Assembly (NCBI GenBank): GCA_016931955.1
Contig: JAFGDV010000035.1
Span: 2,852-66,851, forward strand
DNA: 64,000 bases
Direction of reading: 5' to 3'
Source of the DNA: Candidatus Altiarchaeota archaeon
GTDB taxonomy: Archaea; Altiarchaeota; Altiarchaeia; IMC4; QMZM01
The first letter of the stretch is position 1. The number at the start of each line of letters is the position of its first letter. The notes below the pieces were generated by a model. That model worked only from the letters and a program-made list of their open reading frames with translations. It was not told where the DNA came from and ran no database searches. Made by a program: the position numbers and the translations under genes. Shown in pieces: positions 46,270 to 55,889 of the stretch.

Positions 46270-47537
46270 AACCGTTTCTCGACCGACTTCCTGTGGGCGT
46301 CGAAGCCTTCTGCGTCCGCGATTTTTTCTATCGTGTTTTTCAACCTGGAAAGTCCGTCCTTTGTGATCCTCTGCACGCTCGACGTCTTCAGGAAGTCTCT
46401 GACACTCAACTGTGAGGAGAACCTTGCTGTTCCTCCAGTAGGCAATACGTGGTTTCCTCCTGAGGCGTAGTCCCCCGCAGCAACTGGTGCGTATTCTCCT
46501 AGGAATATGGCTCCAGCATTTTTTATCTTTCCCACAATCCTTTCAGGATCCTCTGTCATGATCTCCAGATGTTCGGGAGCGTATCTGTTGGCGAACTCTA
46601 TTGATTCTTGGAGGTTTTTGGTCAGAATTATCGCTGCATTTTTGAGGCTCTGTTCTGCAGTTTCTCTTGTCTTCAATCCTTTGATCTGCTCTGAGATCTC
46701 TTTTTCCACTCTCTCCCGCAGTTTCCCTGAATTTGTCACCAATATGCATTGTGCTTTTGGGTCGTGTTCTGCCTGAGCTAACAGGTCAGAGGCTATCAGC
46801 GTTGGGTCTGCGGTTTCATCTGCCAGGATCAGCACCTCTGAGGGGCCGGCTGGCATGTCGATATCTACTTTTCCGTAGGCGAGCATTTTTGCAGCCATCA
46901 CGTAGACGTTGCCGGGGCCTACAATCTTGTTCACTCTCGGGATCGATTCTGTTCCGTACGCCAACGCCGCTATCGCCTGCGCTCCTCCTATGCGGTAGAT
47001 CTCTTCTACGCCGCAGATGTCAGCCGCCACGAGTATTGAATCAGGGATCGGCGGCGGTGATGTGATCACTACCCTTTCAACGCCAGCAGCCCTTGCCGGG
47101 GTGCATGTCATAAGCACCGTTGAGGGATAAGGTGCCCTCCCCCCTGGAACATAGCAGCCGACTGCTTCAATTGCCGTTATTTTTTCCCCGACTTTGATTC
47201 CGTTCTGTACTTCGATGCTCCAGTCTTCTTTGATTTTTTTCTTTTGTTCGCAGTGGAACTTGGTTATGTTCCGGTGAGCGTGGACTAGGGCCTCTGTAAG
47301 TGAGGGATTGATGTTGGAATATGCCTTCTTTATCGCTTCTCTACCGACTTTGATGTTTTCTTTCGTGAGCTTGAAGTCATCAAACCTCTGAGTGTATTCA
47401 AATAGCGCCGAGTCGCCCCTTTTCCTAACGTTCCTCATTATCTCTGCCACGGAAGACATTGCTTTGTCGAGTTCCAAGCCCTCCCGCAGCAGCATTTCAT
47501 TGATTTTCTCCGTATCTGAATACTCTATTGTCTTCAT
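46260..47537 (-). CDS. hisD: histidinol dehydrogenase
   Basis: Zn/NAD motifs QAEHDP, GDYASGGNHVLPT, HLEI.TEDP; 425 aa. Confidence 0.9.
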   Translation of the reverse strand: MKTIEYSDTEKINEMLLREGLELDKAMSSVAEIMRNVRKRGDSALFEYTQRFDDFKLTKENIKVGREAIKKAYSNINPSLTEALVHAHRNITKFHCEQKKKIKEDWSIEVQNGIKVGEKITAIEAVGCYVPGGRAPYPSTVLMTCTPARAAGVERVVITSPPPIPDSILVAADICGVEEIYRIGGAQAIAALAYGTESIPRVNKIVGPGNVYVMAAKMLAYGKVDIDMPAGPSEVLILADETADPTLIASDLLAQAEHDPKAQCILVTNSGKLRERVEKEISEQIKGLKTRETAEQSLKNAAIILTKNLQESIEFANRYAPEHLEIMTEDPERIVGKIKNAGAIFLGEYAPVAAGDYASGGNHVLPTGGTARFSSQLSVRDFLKTSSVQRITKDGLSRLKNTIEKIADAEGFDAHRKSVEKRFQR

Positions 47538-47575
47538 CTCTAGCTATTTATTGAAATCCACTGTAAAAAAGTCTT

Positions 47576-48409
47576 TCAGAGGCCGGCTGAAAAAAATATT
47601 AGACCTATTAGTAGACCAAATGCTGCGTTGAATAGTTTAACATTTATGGTGTCTTTGAGGGAGCATGATAGTAGCGGCAGTAGGCCGTGTCCGTCCTGTA
47701 CTAGGGTGTTTGTCAGGAAGACTGAGAGGGGGATTGTTCCGTTAACGAAAAGGGTGAGGAATATCAGGTGTGGGCCTGATTCGGGTATTATCCCTACTAT
47801 AGCCGCTAGGATCAGAACGAAGAGCATGTTCGGGGGCAGGATTCCTTCTAAGTCGAAGTTCTCGGTGAGCAGGTCGACTGCTAGTAGGGTGAGTAATATC
47901 CAGAGAGCTAGCTTGGGTATGTGTTTTAATATTATGTGTTTGAATATGTGTTCTTTGAGGAAGTGCCGGTTCATCCTGCTTTCGTCAGCGTGGACTTCTA
48001 TCACACATGTAGTGGATCGCTTCAAGCCCAGTTTTTTCGCGGTCCACTCCGCTAGGAAGCCTCCGAGTATTCCAAAGACGAAACACAGGAAGAATATCTT
48101 AAGTGTTGTTTCTAAGGGAAGCATTGTGAGCATTATGAATGCTTCGTCTCCTGCGGTTGAGAGCATCACTGCTGTGAGTGCGCCGAAGCCCACGAGTCCG
48201 TGGGTGTACAGTGATACGATGAAGAAGGCGTCTATGCATCCGGGGATCATCCCCAGCAGGGAGGATCCTATTATCTGGTTCTTTATATTTGATGTCAACA
48301 ATCCTCTGATCTTTTCTTTGTAGTTTACTTGGATCCATTCTACTAGGATCATCATCACCGTTACTAAGAAGATTATCTTTGATGTCTCAAGTAGGATTTC
48401 TTGGATCAT
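47576..48409 (-). CDS. polytopic membrane protein, possible metal transporter (divergent from nikR)
   Basis: 277 aa, 7-8 TM helices with charged intramembrane residues (GDEAF, ESGPH); function inferred only from the nikR neighbourhood. Confidence 0.45.
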   Translation of the reverse strand: MIQEILLETSKIIFLVTVMMILVEWIQVNYKEKIRGLLTSNIKNQIIGSSLLGMIPGCIDAFFIVSLYTHGLVGFGALTAVMLSTAGDEAFIMLTMLPLETTLKIFFLCFVFGILGGFLAEWTAKKLGLKRSTTCVIEVHADESRMNRHFLKEHIFKHIILKHIPKLALWILLTLLAVDLLTENFDLEGILPPNMLFVLILAAIVGIIPESGPHLIFLTLFVNGTIPLSVFLTNTLVQDGHGLLPLLSCSLKDTINVKLFNAAFGLLIGLIFFSAGL

Positions 48410-48498
48410 TTTATCTCAGTATAAACTTGAAGTTATTAATATTTAAGCCAAAAGTTAATAACTTTTATACTCTTGTTTATAAATATCTTATTAAGAGG

Positions 48499-48882
48499 AT
48501 GCCAATAGTCAGCTTCTCACTCAACGAAAAACTAATTGAAGAAATCGATGAACTGCAGAGGGGGCTGGGCTTCTCCGGCAGATCGGAGACCATCCGCGCA
48601 GGTATTCGACTGCTTATCGCTGACAGCAGGGAGAAGGAGGAACTCAAGGGAAAGATAAACGCTGTCTTGATGTTGATGCATCCTAAAGAAGAGGATTCAG
48701 TCGTTTCAGAGATAAAGCACGAGTTTGAGGACGTTATGGCGACGCAGTTGCACAATCATCTGAGAGAGAATAAGTGCTTGGATGTTTTTATACTTGAGGG
48801 CAGCGCGTCGAGGATAAAGGAGATGGCCGACCTCTTCAGGGCGAGCGGTAGGATGGATTACGTTAAATTGATTGTGGCGTGA
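48499..48882 (+). CDS. nikR: nickel-responsive regulator NikR
   Basis: Start trimmed to MPIVSFSLNEKLIEEIDEL... (ribbon-helix-helix); C-terminal ACT-like metal-binding domain with H..H..C (HNHLRENKC). Confidence 0.8.
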   Translation: MPIVSFSLNEKLIEEIDELQRGLGFSGRSETIRAGIRLLIADSREKEELKGKINAVLMLMHPKEEDSVVSEIKHEFEDVMATQLHNHLRENKCLDVFILEGSASRIKEMADLFRASGRMDYVKLIVA

Positions 48883-48915
48883 TATTTCTATGTTGTTTTC
48901 TTATATCCTATTAGG

Positions 48916-49512
48916 ATGAGGTCTTATCTATTATTTTTCGTGTTTTTGTATGCGTTGGTTTCTGTCTCCGCCACTTCTGTGGATGTTTCAGTGGATGGTG
49001 GAAACTTCACTGTTGGCGATATGGTATATTTTCACCTTTATGTGTATCCGTCGGAGCCGGTGGGTGGGCAGTTCATGTTATCTTATGAGGTTGAACCTAA
49101 TCGTTTCATACAGAAGGTGTTGTTTTTCTCTAAGCCGTCTCCTTCTCAGTGCGTTGAATGTGCGGGTCAGCTGCCTCTTACGGAGGAGAAAAATAGCACC
49201 TACTCCTATAAGGTTTCCTCTGCGGGAAATTATTGGGCTGAGGCGAACTTTGGCGGGGTAAGGGACAGTTTTTATTTCACGGTATTTGAGGAAACGACTA
49301 CTACAACTACTACTTCGACCTCGACCACCACGTCAACTTCTACGTCGACTACTACGTCGACTACTTCGACTACAGCTACTTCGATAACGACATCTACTGA
49401 GCCTGAAATAGAGCCTCAAGACAACACCCTGTTGTTTCTTGCTCTTGGAGCATTCTTGTTTCTCGCAGTAGTCATGGCTGCTGTATTTACCTATCTGTGG
49501 AAGACTAGATAA
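48916..49512 (+). CDS. secreted protein with poly-Thr/Ser linker and C-terminal TM anchor
   Basis: Signal peptide; 45-residue T/S run encoded by the same DNA cassette as in the downstream giant gene; C-terminal LLFLALGAFLFLAVVMAAVFTYLWKTR anchor. Confidence 0.5.
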   Translation: MRSYLLFFVFLYALVSVSATSVDVSVDGGNFTVGDMVYFHLYVYPSEPVGGQFMLSYEVEPNRFIQKVLFFSKPSPSQCVECAGQLPLTEEKNSTYSYKVSSAGNYWAEANFGGVRDSFYFTVFEETTTTTTTSTSTTTSTSTSTTTSTTSTTATSITTSTEPEIEPQDNTLLFLALGAFLFLAVVMAAVFTYLWKTR

Positions 49513-49617
49513 TGTCTTACAAAATTTATCTGAATAAGTATTTTTTTGTTTTTTATTTAATGAAAGCTAAATAATAAGGCATATTGTTTTAATTAATCCT
49601 TGGAGGTCTCCGCTAAG

Positions 49618-52600
49618 ATGAAAAAAATAATCTGCATATGCCTGTTTGTTTTTATTTTCGCTACATTTGTTTCAGCCAACGTCGACGTTTATGGGGGATT
49701 CAGTGGGGAAATAGATGATGAGAACGAGTTTGATGGTTACATAATCCAGTTCAAGGAGGATCCCGTCCTAGTGAAAAAGACGATGTTGGAGAAGAATTTT
49801 TTGGTTTCTGGGTTGCAGTCTCAGGCTGTTGGTTCTCAGATTGCAGCTGATGTGGCGTTACACAGGACTAAGGTCGATAAGGAGCACAAGGATGCTTTGA
49901 AGGATATTGAGAAGATTCTCTCCAAGAAACCCACGAAGTTGGGCGAATACCAGAATGTGTTCAACGGCGTCGCCTTAGATATCTCAGACGAAGAAGCGGA
50001 GAAGATAAAAAAGTCGCCGTACGTTAAAGGTGTTTACCCTAATTATGTGATGCATCTGCTTTTGGAGGATTCCATTCCTTTGTTGAATGTTGATGATGTT
50101 TGGGGTCTCACTGACGGACAAGGCAGGACGGTTACTGGAAAAGGGGTTAGTGTTGCAGTTATTGATACGGGTGTGGATTATACTCACCCTGATTTGGGTG
50201 GGTGTACTACGGCACAGTTTACTTCAGGTAATTGTTTGAAGTTTTTGGGTGGCTATGATTTTGTCAATGATGATAATGATCCGATGGATCCTGATGGTCA
50301 TGGTACTGCTGTTGCTGGTATTATTGCAGCCAATGGCGCGGTTAAAGGTGTCGCACCAGACGCTAAGCTGTATGCATTCGGGTGTTATACTCCTCCTTTT
50401 GGTGGTCTGAGTATCTCATGTATAATATCCTCTATTGATAGGTCGGTTGACCCAAACCAGGACGGCGACTTAAGTGATCATGTTGATGTGATAAGTATGT
50501 CTATTGGTGGGGGTGCTAAAAATTCAGCTCTTTCAGATGCAATTTCAAATGCTGTTGATTCTGGGGTTGTGGTGGTTATTGCTGCAGGGAATTCTGGGCC
50601 TTCTGGTGATGTGTATAGGTCTATTTGGGATAAGTCTGGTGATTCTTATTCTATTGAGTTTCCTGGAAGCATGGAGAAGCCGATTACTGTTGGTGCTAGC
50701 ACTGAAGATGGTATGGGTATTGAGGGTTTTAGTTCGAGGGGTCCTGTGGATATGGGATCATGGATTTTGATTAAGCCTGATGTGTTGGCTCCTGGAAAAC
50801 ATATTCATACAACTGGTTTAGATGGGGGATATACTTCCTTTAGTGGGACTTCTGGCGCTACTCCTTTTGTTTCTGGGGTTGCTGCTTTGTTGTTGCAGAA
50901 ATACCCTGATCTGTCGCCTGCTGATGTGAAGAAGATGCTTCAGTTGGGGGTGGTTCCCTTAGGTTTTGATATTGCTAAGCAGGGCCATGGCAGGGTTGAC
51001 GCATACAAGTCGATTAATACTGGAATTCAGCCGGGCATAACCTTACATGGTTATGTTATGAAAGATAACGTCAATGGTGATGGTTTAATTAATCCCGGAG
51101 AAACACTTCAACTATCTACTATATTGAGTTCTTGGGGTCCTTCAAGTAATGTGATCGCGAAACTGAAAACAAGCGACTCTTGTGTGAGCTTCGGCAAAGA
51201 CACACATAACTTTGGGTCCGTAGGATCCTACTCTTTTGTGAATAATTCCGCTAATCCCTTCGTTTTCACAGTCGACTCATCCTGCAGTATCGGTAAAGTC
51301 ATCTATTTTACAGTTGACGTGACTGCTGGCTCTGATAGTTACTCTTATCTGCTTGGTTTGCCAGTATATTCTCTCACATTAGTTGCTGATTCTACGGTTC
51401 TAAGTCCTGTAATTGCTGATCTGGATGGCGATGGCGACATGGAGATAATTGGAGGAACAACCGGTGGGTCTCTCTATGTGTGGCATCATACGGGGAATAT
51501 TGTGGGCGGTTGGCCGAAGAAGTTTAGCGGTTCTTTTGGTGTTTATGCTTCTGCTGGTGACATTATAGGGGATACTAAATTGGAGATAGTCGCCGGGAAA
51601 ATATATTCTGGGTCTCCTGCTAAATCGAAGTTTTATGCTTATGACTTATATGGTTCTCCCCTATGGGAAAAGACTGTGGATGGATATATTGAAAAGTTTC
51701 CCATGGTAGGGGACGTAGATGGTGACGGAGAAAATGAGGTTGTTGTGTCTGCTCGTTCGCCTGAAAAAATTTATATTTGGCGCGGCGACGGCACCTTACT
51801 CAAAAGCTTGGATGGCAGATCATACGCAATAGGTGATTTGGATAATGATGGTGATCTGGAGATACTGACTTATAATGGGGGCTTAATAAGTGCTCTCCAC
51901 CATGATGGGAGTGTGGTTAACGGCTGGCCTCAGGCCGCTTCAGGCTATGTTGTGTTAGGTGATGTTAATTCCGACGGTTATCTGGAGGTAATCTTAGGTG
52001 GATCTGAGTTCCGGGTATATTCTCGTAATGGTTCTCTGCTGTCAAGTTGGATGGCTCCGGAAGTCACAAATCCTCCTGTTTTAGGTGATCTTGACGGAGA
52101 CGGCGATTTGGAGATTATTGCATCATCTACTTATAACAATAAATATGTTTATGCTTGGCATCATACTGGGGAGTCTGTTAGTAATTGGCCGGTTAGTAAC
52201 TTCTATGTTAGAAAAGTTTCTTTGCCTGTTGTAGGTGATCTGAATAACCAGAATAATCCGGAGGTTTTAGTGGGGAATACTTTTGATGATACTTCCCCTA
52301 CTAGTCCCCGTTATAAGAGGGGTGGTTTGCTTGCATGGGATGGAAGCGGTACTCTGTTAAGTGAATTCGACCCTCTTAAATATCGTTACGTAACTAACTA
52401 TGAGATGCATACGTATATGTCTCCCGCCATTGGTGACTTGGATAATGATGGTAGAATGGATGTTGTCGCCAGCACTGAGACAAATGTTGTCTACGTCATA
52501 GAGCTTAACAGTTCTTTTGATGAAAGCAAGATGGAGTGGCCGATGTATGGGCATGATCCGCAGCATACTAACACATATCCTCTTCCGGGTTGTCCTTCTG

Positions 52601-55104
52601 GTACTTTTTTTAGATATCGGGATTGTGGTATGTATTCTGGTTGTGTTAGTGATGTGTCTGATGATGCTTGTTGTAGTGGTTCGGATGATTGTGTCTTTGA
52701 CGGCGTTTGTTACATCAATGGTTCCACTGCCGACGTGAACGGTGATGGTGTCTCTAATGCTTTCTGTTATGGTTCAGGCTATGGTAGATGGTATGGTTGC
52801 AGCTGGGGTGAGTCCTCCTGTGAGCAATGGTGCGGCTATCATTGGGTTGTCGGCGGGGAATCCTCTGCTTTCGGAGACTACTCCAGTGGAACAGACACAT
52901 CCTGTTGCGGAGACCAACCCGGTGAGCATTATGTGACCAATGGTCTAGGTGCTCCGAAGTGTTGTTCTATCAGCCATGATTACGTTGACGCATCAGGTAA
53001 CTGCATCAATGAGCCTTCTTGTTGGGTCTGCGCCGTCCAGAACCTGAATTGTCCAAGCTCCGTTAGTCCGTCCGCTCAATTCAACATATCCTATGAATTC
53101 TATGGCACAGGTGGTCCAATCTGCAGCTACCCCTACGAGGTTAGGACTGTTGAGCGTAATGGTGTGCAGTTGTGGTGTGATTATTTGAGTGATTTTGGGC
53201 AGTGTCAGTGGCATTCGGAGTCGAAGACTTTGACTGCGCCCTCAACTTCTGGAACGTATACGTATACTATCAAATGTTATAGTGGGGGTAGTATGTCGTC
53301 TGGTTTCTGCGGTCTTGTGGCGGAGCCGGAGGCATCTAAGTCGTGTAATGTTGTTGTTGGGACGACTACTACTACGTCAACGACGACCTCTACTTCGACG
53401 ACTACTTCGACCACTTCGACTACGTCGACGACGGTTCCTTTTGGTTTGGGTGAGGCGGTTGATAATACTGTGCTTTCTTGGGGTTCTGGTGGTTCTAGTG
53501 GTTGGTTTGGTCAGGGGTCTGTTTATTTTTTTGGTGGTGATGCTGCTCAGAGTGGTGTGATTACTCATAGTCAGGATTCTTGGATTCAGGCGATTGTTGT
53601 GGGTCCGGGGACTTTGCAGTTTTACTGGAAGGTCTACTCGGAAACGAACTATGATTGGCTTGAATTCTATGTTGATGGTGTGCGGCAGACGCGTATTAGT
53701 GGGAATGTTAATTGGCAGCAGTTGGGTTATAATATTTCGTCGGGTTCGCATTCGGTGAAGTGGCGTTATGTGAAGGATGTGAGTGTGAATAGTGGTTTGG
53801 ATTGTGGTTGGCTTGATAAGGTGGAGTTCATTACTTCGGCGCCAACGACTACTACTACGTCAACGACGACCTCTACTTCGACGACTACTTCGACCACGTC
53901 TACTACGTCGACTACTTTGTCTGGTTATTGTTCTTCTGCTAGTCAGTATTATACTTGGGAGTATATCAGTAAGGTTTCTCTTAACTCTGGAAGTATGTCT
54001 TCTTCCGGTAGTAAATATTCTGATTACACCAGTTCTGTTTTCACCACCTTGTCTAAGGGGGGCGTCTATACCTTGTCTGTGGATGGTAAGACCTCTGGCA
54101 GCTATACTGAGTTTGTGAGGGCTTGGTTTGATTTCAATCATGATGGTGATTTTTCCGATGCAGGGGAAGAGGTTGACTTGGGTTCTTATGCGTTCAGTGG
54201 TACTCATACGTTCAGTAAGTCTTTCACTGTTCCGAGTGGGGCTTCTGTTGGCTCAACGAGGATGAGGGTTTCTCTGAAGTATGCCAGTGCTCCTACAGCA
54301 TGCGGCTCCTTCACCTATGGCGAAGTAGAAGACTACACTGTGCAGATAACTGGTTCTGGAACAACGACTACTTCAACCTCCACAACCACAACGACTACTT
54401 CGACTTCTACGACGATCCAGCAGTGTTATGATTCGGATGGCATAAATTACTATACATTGGGTTATAGGGAGTCTCCGAAGGGCTCTAATAGGGTATGGGA
54501 TCACTGCAACTCTGTTAACCCAACATATCTTTATGAGATGAAGTGTGTTGGGGACACTCCTGCATATGATTATGTAGCGTGTGCCTATGGTTGTGAGGGA
54601 GGGGTCTGTAGGACTTCGGCGACTACTACGACCACCACGTCGACCACGTCTACTACGTCGACTACTTTGTCTGCTTATTGTTCTTCTGGTAGTAGTTATT
54701 TTAGTTATGAGTATGTTGGTAAGGTTTCTCTTGGTTCGGGTAGTAAGTCTTCTTCGAGTAGTAGTTATTCTGATTTTTCTGGTAGTGTTTTGACTTCTTT
54801 GGTTAGGAGTCAGAGTTATACTTTGTTTGTGGATGGTAAGACTTCTGGCAGCTATAGGGAGTATGTGAGGGCTTGGTTTGATTTCAACCATGATGGTGAT
54901 TTTTCCGATGCAGGGGAAGAGGTTGATCTGGGTTATTATACGTTCTCTGGTACTCATACGTTCAGTAAGTCTTTCACTGTTCCTTCGTCTGCTATTTTGG
55001 GTAGTACTCGTATGAGGGTGTCTCTGAAGTATTCCAGTGCTCCTACAGCGTGCGGTACTTTTACTTATGGCGAAGTGGAAGACTACACAGTGAACATAAG
55101 TTAG
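49618..55104 (+). CDS. giant secreted subtilisin-like (S8) serine protease with FG-GAP beta-propeller, Cys-rich region, beta-sandwich and two C-terminal GEVED domains
   Basis: GGAGGT RBS before ATG 49618; signal peptide; S8 triad contexts VAVIDTGVD, DGHGTAVAGI, GTSGATPFVSG; about 7 FG-GAP repeats (GDLDGDGDMEIIGG, GDVDGDGENEVVV, GDLDNDGDLEIL ...); about 60 Cys between residues 1000-1250; four T/S linkers; two modules ending TACG.FTYGEVEDYTV. Confidence 0.8.
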   Translation: MKKIICICLFVFIFATFVSANVDVYGGFSGEIDDENEFDGYIIQFKEDPVLVKKTMLEKNFLVSGLQSQAVGSQIAADVALHRTKVDKEHKDALKDIEKILSKKPTKLGEYQNVFNGVALDISDEEAEKIKKSPYVKGVYPNYVMHLLLEDSIPLLNVDDVWGLTDGQGRTVTGKGVSVAVIDTGVDYTHPDLGGCTTAQFTSGNCLKFLGGYDFVNDDNDPMDPDGHGTAVAGIIAANGAVKGVAPDAKLYAFGCYTPPFGGLSISCIISSIDRSVDPNQDGDLSDHVDVISMSIGGGAKNSALSDAISNAVDSGVVVVIAAGNSGPSGDVYRSIWDKSGDSYSIEFPGSMEKPITVGASTEDGMGIEGFSSRGPVDMGSWILIKPDVLAPGKHIHTTGLDGGYTSFSGTSGATPFVSGVAALLLQKYPDLSPADVKKMLQLGVVPLGFDIAKQGHGRVDAYKSINTGIQPGITLHGYVMKDNVNGDGLINPGETLQLSTILSSWGPSSNVIAKLKTSDSCVSFGKDTHNFGSVGSYSFVNNSANPFVFTVDSSCSIGKVIYFTVDVTAGSDSYSYLLGLPVYSLTLVADSTVLSPVIADLDGDGDMEIIGGTTGGSLYVWHHTGNIVGGWPKKFSGSFGVYASAGDIIGDTKLEIVAGKIYSGSPAKSKFYAYDLYGSPLWEKTVDGYIEKFPMVGDVDGDGENEVVVSARSPEKIYIWRGDGTLLKSLDGRSYAIGDLDNDGDLEILTYNGGLISALHHDGSVVNGWPQAASGYVVLGDVNSDGYLEVILGGSEFRVYSRNGSLLSSWMAPEVTNPPVLGDLDGDGDLEIIASSTYNNKYVYAWHHTGESVSNWPVSNFYVRKVSLPVVGDLNNQNNPEVLVGNTFDDTSPTSPRYKRGGLLAWDGSGTLLSEFDPLKYRYVTNYEMHTYMSPAIGDLDNDGRMDVVASTETNVVYVIELNSSFDESKMEWPMYGHDPQHTNTYPLPGCPSGTFFRYRDCGMYSGCVSDVSDDACCSGSDDCVFDGVCYINGSTADVNGDGVSNAFCYGSGYGRWYGCSWGESSCEQWCGYHWVVGGESSAFGDYSSGTDTSCCGDQPGEHYVTNGLGAPKCCSISHDYVDASGNCINEPSCWVCAVQNLNCPSSVSPSAQFNISYEFYGTGGPICSYPYEVRTVERNGVQLWCDYLSDFGQCQWHSESKTLTAPSTSGTYTYTIKCYSGGSMSSGFCGLVAEPEASKSCNVVVGTTTTTSTTTSTSTTTSTTSTTSTTVPFGLGEAVDNTVLSWGSGGSSGWFGQGSVYFFGGDAAQSGVITHSQDSWIQAIVVGPGTLQFYWKVYSETNYDWLEFYVDGVRQTRISGNVNWQQLGYNISSGSHSVKWRYVKDVSVNSGLDCGWLDKVEFITSAPTTTTTSTTTSTSTTTSTTSTTSTTLSGYCSSASQYYTWEYISKVSLNSGSMSSSGSKYSDYTSSVFTTLSKGGVYTLSVDGKTSGSYTEFVRAWFDFNHDGDFSDAGEEVDLGSYAFSGTHTFSKSFTVPSGASVGSTRMRVSLKYASAPTACGSFTYGEVEDYTVQITGSGTTTTSTSTTTTTTSTSTTIQQCYDSDGINYYTLGYRESPKGSNRVWDHCNSVNPTYLYEMKCVGDTPAYDYVACAYGCEGGVCRTSATTTTTTSTTSTTSTTLSAYCSSGSSYFSYEYVGKVSLGSGSKSSSSSSYSDFSGSVLTSLVRSQSYTLFVDGKTSGSYREYVRAWFDFNHDGDFSDAGEEVDLGYYTFSGTHTFSKSFTVPSSAILGSTRMRVSLKYSSAPTACGTFTYGEVEDYTVNIS
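53362..53438. repeat. Thr-linker DNA cassette, copy within the giant gene
   Basis: ACGACTACTACTACGTCAACGACGACCTCTACTTCGACGACTACTTCGACCAC is repeated exactly (53 nt) at 53845-53897 and near-exactly at 49295-49385, 54361-54415 and 54619-54670. Confidence 0.7.
53845..53915. repeat. Thr-linker DNA cassette, second intragenic copy
   Basis: See previous feature; read directly from the sequence. Confidence 0.7.
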
Positions 55105-55889
55105 ATACTACTACAAATCAGCTTCAGCAGTTTATCATGTAGTCTTCCGTTGGATGCTAGGATATCAGTTGAGTCTATTGTGAATTCTTTTCCTTCCAGA
55201 TCGGTGACTTTGCCGCCGGCTTCTCTGATGAGGACTGTGCCGGCTGCGACATCCCATGAGTTCATCTTTATCATGAGAAAACATTCTGTTCGGCCGCAGG
55301 CAACATAAGCCATCTCCAAGGCGCCTGCGCCGATCTGCCTCACCTTAGGATTCAATAGCTTCCAGGTTCGCCAGACATTGCTCATTTTTTCAACGGATTC
55401 TCTGTCTGAGGCGTGGCAGAAGGTCAGGACAGACTCTTCGATTTTTTCTTTGTTTGAAACCTTAATTCGTTCATCATTCATGTAAGCGCCTCTGCCTTTT
55501 TCGGCGTAGAACATCTCATCCTGGGAGGGGTAGTAGACTACGCCCATTATAGGTTCAGATTTTCTGGTTAAAGCGATGGAGACATCAAAGAACGGATTCT
55601 GCACGCTGTAATTTGTGGTCCCATCTAAGGGATCGATGACCCACATATAATCCGAGGAGGTTCTCGTGAGGCCGGATTCCTCGCCTAGGATGGAGTAATC
55701 CGGGAAATCCTTTTTTAGGATGGCTATTATTCTCTCCTCGGATTCGACGTCTGCTTCGGTAACGATCGTCTTATCCTTCTTATACTTGAGAGAGACTTTG
55801 CCGTATTTTTCCAGTTGGATTCTCCCAGCCTCCCTTGCAGCCTTGATCGCAGCCTCAAGTTCCTTTGACTTCATCAGGCTTCCCCCCAC
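55101..55889 (-). CDS. inositol monophosphatase / fructose-1,6-bisphosphatase family (SuhB-like)
   Basis: Metal motifs WVIDPLDGT and ASWDVAAG, 262 aa; start may be the second Met (MKSKEL). Confidence 0.8.
   Translation of the reverse strand: MGGSLMKSKELEAAIKAAREAGRIQLEKYGKVSLKYKKDKTIVTEADVESEERIIAILKKDFPDYSILGEESGLTRTSSDYMWVIDPLDGTTNYSVQNPFFDVSIALTRKSEPIMGVVYYPSQDEMFYAEKGRGAYMNDERIKVSNKEKIEESVLTFCHASDRESVEKMSNVWRTWKLLNPKVRQIGAGALEMAYVACGRTECFLMIKMNSWDVAAGTVLIREAGGKVTDLEGKEFTIDSTDILASNGRLHDKLLKLICSSI

Noticed and set aside
52357-54957. Antisense and alternative-frame ORFs inside the giant gene (e.g. 53377-53751 and 54373-54957 Arg/Ser-rich; 53282-53560 and 53792-54118 Leu/Arg-rich)
   Set aside because: These are products of the ACN-codon Thr linker repeats read in other frames or strands. 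They are low-complexity and lie entirely within a strongly supported CDS.
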